This document shows, in pieces, positions 58,871-64,000 of a DNA stretch of 64,000 bases. The notes below the pieces were generated by a model that was not told the DNA's origin, searched no databases, and was given only the letters and a program-made list of their open reading frames with translations. The stretch is from Eledone cirrhosa (taxonomy: Eukaryota). Made by a program: the position numbers and the translations under genes. The first letter of the stretch is position 1, and each line of letters begins with the position of its first letter. Location of the stretch: contig OZ024756.1 of the NCBI GenBank assembly GCA_964016885.1, positions 17,050,001 to 17,114,000 on the forward strand, in the 5' to 3' direction.

Positions 58871-59916
58871 CCCCCCTCCCCTCCAACAGCCGTATAACAA
58901 CTACTAATATGAGAAGAAACTCTTGAATAACATTAAAAAGACGCGAAAAAGACTTTTAAAAACTGAAAAGTCAAAGATAAACGACTTTGATGGTTTTTGA
59001 AGATCTGCCGAGTCCATGGGAAAGATTCTTCCTTTACATCGAAACCAATAAACAAAGGAAAAACTAAGGGAAAAAACATCGGAAGCGGGCAAATGTGAAA
59101 CCATTGTAGTCGTTTTCGTGCTAAAATAACATTTAAATTTATCTTTTCCCTCTCCTCATATTGTTCGAAGAACATTATGTCTACAAAAAGAAAAATAAAT
59201 AAAATAAAAGACTTGATGGTCATGGTTGGAATGTCGTCGTTTGTAGTTAAGTCAAACCCGGGAATGAACGTGCAACCACTAAGTAGCACTATAAACACTC
59301 TGATATCAGTGTAAACACTAGAATACCACAACAAACACTCCGAAATGCCACTAGAAACATTTCGATGCCACAAAAAAACCCCCTCTATTAATACGACAAA
59401 CACTTCAATACCACTGGAAATATAGGAACACCGCTTTAAAGATTTTAAAAAAGGAAAGAAAAACAAGATAAAAAATATGAAAATACAATTAAAAAAAAGG
59501 TAGATCGGCTGGTAGGAAGTTGGAAATGTGTTGTAAGAAAAAATGACTGGAAGAAATGGAAGAAAATGAATACAGTTATCGTGGAAGTTGTAAAGTGTCT
59601 TACCATTTGGTGATATAATTTCTCAAATAATATTTTTACACACACACACGCACACACATATATATATATACATATATATGTATATATATATCAATAACAC
59701 GTGTGGAGTGACGTTGTTGTTATAACATTGTATATTTTTAATCTACATTGCATTCTCTCTAAACTATACATCTAACACAGTTACGCACACACTGCTATAT
59801 ACACATACATGCGTGCATGTATATGCGCGTGTAAGTATATATATATTTATATATATGTCTATGTATATATGCACGCTCACTCAAACACACACACACAGAT
59901 CACATACAAAGATATA

Positions 59917-59955
<39 letters not shown>

Positions 59956-60339
59956 TATAAATATATATAAGCACACACACAAACTAGGGCCTCTTACGAC
60001 GCGCACAAATTTCTTTATTGTCCATTGTGTGTCGACGAAATAGCAGGTGCTCTTGTGGCAAATAATAAGAAATATTCTTGTTTTTGTTATTATTTACATT
60101 TATTGAGTAAAATAACTTCCTTTTCTTCCAAACCTTCGGATATTTGGTCGTTTTTTGTTTTGTTTTGTTTTGTTCTATGGCCATGTTAGAGCAAAGTCCT
60201 AATTTGAGGTTCCATAAAATTTTCAGACAGGAAATCAAAAATCGAAACGTAAACACAGAAGCAATAGAACGAATATATGTATATATAATATACTTATATT
60301 TACATATATAATATATATATATACGGAATTTTCCTTAGG

Positions 60340-60614
60340 ACCTAACAAATAATTGTTCGTGGAAACCAACGCATATTCGTGGAATCGTAAATATCTTCCG
60401 CTATTCTTTTATTACTATTTTCGTGGCAATATATATTTTTTCACGCTTTTTAACGCTAAATTATTAATAACAATATACTGTATTTGCCGGCCTATATTTT
60501 ACGTTGTTTTGACATTTATAGGCATTTTTATGACCAATGTCCAATATTAGCGGTTGTTAACTCTTCGTGGGGGCTCTAGGAATGTAAACAACCCCCACGA
60601 ATACCGAGGGACAA

Positions 60615-60618
<4 letters not shown>
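60340..60618. mobile_element. Tigger/pogo-like MITE end
   Basis: CCCCCACGAATACCGAGGGACAACTG followed by TA; other end not recognisable. Confidence 0.45.
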
Positions 60619-60669
<51 letters not shown>

Positions 60670-60984
60670 AGCCTTCTCGCTTTAGATTGCTTAACTGAGG
60701 ATATATCCCTAGGGGAAGATGTTTGTGAAGTGTTCTTTTTAGATTACTTTATTAGGATCTACCCCTTAGTGATTTTGTATAAGATGTTCTATATATTATA
60801 AATATCATTTATAATTCTTACAAAATGAAAATAGACACAAATAATAGATGCAATACTTTACAAATATATACAATTAAATAGAAGAAAAAAAGGGGATGGC
60901 AAAAACAAAAACGAAAATGACCATCAAATCACCACCAAGTGCGACAATCGGCCACACATCACATCACAAAGGTCAACGGAATAT

Positions 60985-61665
60985 TTTGAGGCAAGCCAAT
61001 ACGCTCACAAGATTACCACGGGTGATGGTGATGGAAAAAAGAATTATTAGATAAATCCAGGTATTTCCGAATTTTATTCCGTTCGGCAACGGAAGCAGTG
61101 ATTTTCTTTAATCATTCTGATCAATTTTCTAGGTGCCGCTTACTTTCTGCAAGCGCAACGTTCTCGGGAAGGGCGGGGTATGGATTAATGCCCTTCCTTG
61201 GCCAACATTGGTGGTCTTCTCATTCAGGACGAGCTTCGCATCTCCATTATACATCGAGTGGGAGCCAATGTTTGTAGAAGTCTGAGATGTTGCTGTGGTC
61301 GGTCCATCGCCACCACAGGTTTACATGGTTTGTCCTGTCGCCTGGATACTGGTCGTTTCGCCCGCTACACCGAGCTAAACCTGATCATTAAACGGGTCCC
61401 GGCTCGGGTAAATATCTCCTCAGTTGTGGGGCTGGTTGGATTATCCAGAAGTGATGGGAAGAGACCAGACGGCCTTACCTTTTCTGGGTAAGAGGTAGGT
61501 GTCTCTTCTGGGACGTCACAGTCAGTGGTTGTTTTACTCTCTCCCACATCATGGATGCCACGGTAAATGTGGGGTTCACTGCTTCCGTTGCCGAACGGAA
61601 TAAATTTCGGAAATACCAGGATTTTATCTAACAATTATTTTTTCCAGCCTGTGGCGTTCGAGAAG
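60985..61665 (+). mobile_element. CRE-like non-LTR retrotransposon restriction-like endonuclease fragment with inverted 3' piece
   Basis: CCCG..GLHGLSC, GLSRSDGKRPDGLT, LFWDVT, KFRKY, FFQPVAFE on plus; 60985-61101 is an overlapping minus copy continuing to ITRGN. Confidence 0.7.
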
Positions 61666-61719
61666 TCCGAGACAGTACGGACCCACATCGAATGGTTTCA
61701 ATTTAGTACCGTTTATCTG

Positions 61720-63070
61720 AACACAAATACTCAGCCATTTATATAGAGACATCAGGGCAATAAAAAGCTGACCATCAATCCCATACTCATGCAGAACCTT
61801 CTACAGCAGGTCCCAAGGAACGTGGTCATATGCATTTTCTAGGTCTACAAAACAAGAATATACCTCTTGGCAATACTCTCACGCTTTCTCGAAGACCTGC
61901 CGCAGTGTGAATATTTGGTCGGCTGTGCTGCACCCGGGGCAAAAACCGCACTGAACCATCGGTTAGCTTGGACTCAACAATCTCCCTACATGTCTTTGCC
62001 AGGCACTTAGCATAGACTTTACCAGAGAGGCTTAACAAGAAGATCCCTCTATAATTGGAACAATCTCTGTTGTCTCTCTCTTTTTGAAAATTTGGATTAT
62101 CACTCCCGATTGCAATCGTTTAGGTGCCTTTCCAGAGATCCAGGCCACCCGGTACACATGAGTCAGCCAAAGACTATCCTCTCTAAGGCTTTTAATATCT
62201 CGTGCCGAATTTCATCCTCCTCAGCGGCCTTACCACATTTGAGCTTTTTAATTGCTCTTGTGACCTCAGCCTCTGAGAGATTAGTCACCGCTCCTGGATG
62301 CTGATCATGTACATCAGAAGATGCAGTTTTGATCAAATAGAGGAGATCGGCAGCAAAGTATTCTCTCCAACTCGCAAGGATGCACCTCTTTGAAGGGAGA
62401 AGAACCACAGACGTGTTACTGATAGCATGTTTACAGGAGGACTTCATATTATGAAGTCGGCGGATTGTCTACCAGAACACTTTATTTGCTGATCTGAATT
62501 TGGATTCCAACTTAACCCCAAAGCCCTCCTATGTTGTAACTTTGGATGCCTTTACTGTCTCTGCTGTACTTCTTTATGCCTGCTTGTACCACAAGTGCAT
62601 GGGGGACTTTTTCCTAGCCAAGCTTTATAGACTAGCTTCTTTGCTTGGATGGCATCTTTCACCTGCAATATTTAGCAGCTGAAGCAGAGGAGGCACATGG
62701 CTTAGTGGTTAGAGCATTGGCCTTGCAATCGAAAGGTTGTGAGTTCAATTCTCAGACCGGGTGATGTGTTGTTTCCTTGAGCAAGACACTTTATTTCACA
62801 TTGCTCCAGTTTACTCAGCTGTAGAAATGAGATGATAGGGACTGGGGTCCCTATCATTCCACTGCAAAGTGGTCGTGGAGGTGCCACGGCAAAAAAGCAC
62901 CCAGCAACTCACTGTAAATGAGGTTGGTGTTAGGAAGGGCATCCAGCTGTAGAAATCAAGCCAGAATCAGTTCCCGTCCCACCCTTGCAAGCAGGGAAAA
63001 GTGCACGTAAAATGAAATGAAATGAAATGAAATGAAGCAGAAACTGCTGAGCTGAACAATCTCCACACTG
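61720..63070 (-). mobile_element. RTE-clade LINE linker and RT N-terminal fragment
   Basis: WREYFA, LKCGKAAEEDEIRHEILKAL, LSLSGKVYAKCL motifs; frameshifted. Confidence 0.8.
62689..63032 (+). mobile_element. SINE family 2, full length
   Basis: TSD TGAAGCAGA; (AAATG)n tail. Confidence 0.9.
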
Positions 63071-63229
63071 AAAAAGAACCATATCGCATCATCCTTTGCA
63101 CAGGTTAAGAAGGGGCATGTTCAGGTCTTAGGTAAAGGGACCTGTTCGAAAAGTATATTGCAGTCTCTATTTCATGCCACAAAAACTGGCAATAGACCTG
63201 CGACCTGTTCTGGGAGGAGTGGGATGGAT

Positions 63230-64000
63230 TCACAAAGATTGCATATCCCAAGACCCCAAAGAGGGTTTGGAAGGGAGCAAACCTTGACAATTGGAAACTG
63301 GAACATCACAACCCTTACAGGTAAGGAGCAGGAACTAGTGGAGGAAGCTAGATGCTAACAGCTAGATGTAATTGGGGTTTCTTCAACAAAGTTCTGTGGT
63401 TCTGATAATGTAGATTTGGATGGAGGATGGAACCTCCACTATTCAGGTGTGGTGCCAGAATTGACTGCACAGGCAATAGTGGGGATACTCACAAACCCCC
63501 GGCTCTCAGAATGTGTTATGGATTGGATCCCGTTAGGAGGGAGGATTTGCCTCTTGGAGCTTAGGCTGAAAGATAGGTCTCTGTGGGTGGTACAAGTTTA
63601 TGCACCAAACAAGGAGTCCAAATAGAGGTCTTTCCTTGAAAATGTCATTGCAGTGTTAGATGTAGTTAAAACTGAGTCATATATCCTGATGGGAGACTTC
63701 AATACACACGTTGGCACTGACCCCCTGACATGGTAAGGGGTGATTGGAAGGAACAGCAACCCTGATCTAAATACGGATGGGGAGGCCTTACTAGACTTCT
63801 GTTCTAATAATGGACTCTCTATTATGAGCACCTTCTTCTAGCACAGAGACATCCAGAGATATACATGGTATAAGGGACAGAGATAAATAACTGATTTTGT
63901 TATTGTCTCTGATCTCTTCGATTTTGTGCTGGATGTTTGTGTTAAGAGTGGGGCTGAGCTGTCAACTGATTACAATTTAGTTATCTGCAACTTGAGACTA
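63230..64000 (+). mobile_element. RTE-clade LINE APE endonuclease fragment
   Basis: LTIGNWNITTLTGKEQEL, VVQVYAPN, ILMGDFNTHVG motifs; in-frame stops. Confidence 0.85.

Noticed and set aside
56021-58897. Thr/Pro/His-rich ORFs
   Set aside because: 20-bp and related A/C-rich units lack stops by composition; unit length not divisible by three
60690-60735. CTGAGGA near (TA)n
   Set aside because: Followed by GAAG rather than GAAA and no stem I/III pairing

Overview
AT-rich, microsatellite-dense animal genomic DNA. The SINE families and repeat landscape look like an octopus or other cephalopod (inference). Almost all long ORFs in the track are translations of simple or tandem repeats. The window is mostly SINEs (two to three tRNA-derived families), piggyBac-like and hAT-like MITEs, decayed LINEs (CR1, RTE, Ingi/Vingi-like, CRE-like), a decayed hAT transposase and many minisatellites. 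One credible protein-coding ORF is present (EF-hand pair, 51916-52335, minus), plus a possible CpG-rich first exon near 27.6 kb. The main signal is at least a dozen short inserts inside (TA)n tracts, mostly from different families, that look like Penelope-like element (PLE) termini. Ten loci carry type I hammerhead ribozyme folds and many are fold-back inverted repeats. Eleven share a YACUC-stem-(2-nt bulge)-GAGUR hairpin whose inner stem varies in sequence but keeps pairing. In all seven fold-back inserts where the hairpin is recognisable, the inverted arm stops about 1-6 nt 5' of it, suggesting an RNA signal that sets the reverse-transcription start. All folds and alignments were made by eye, without computation.
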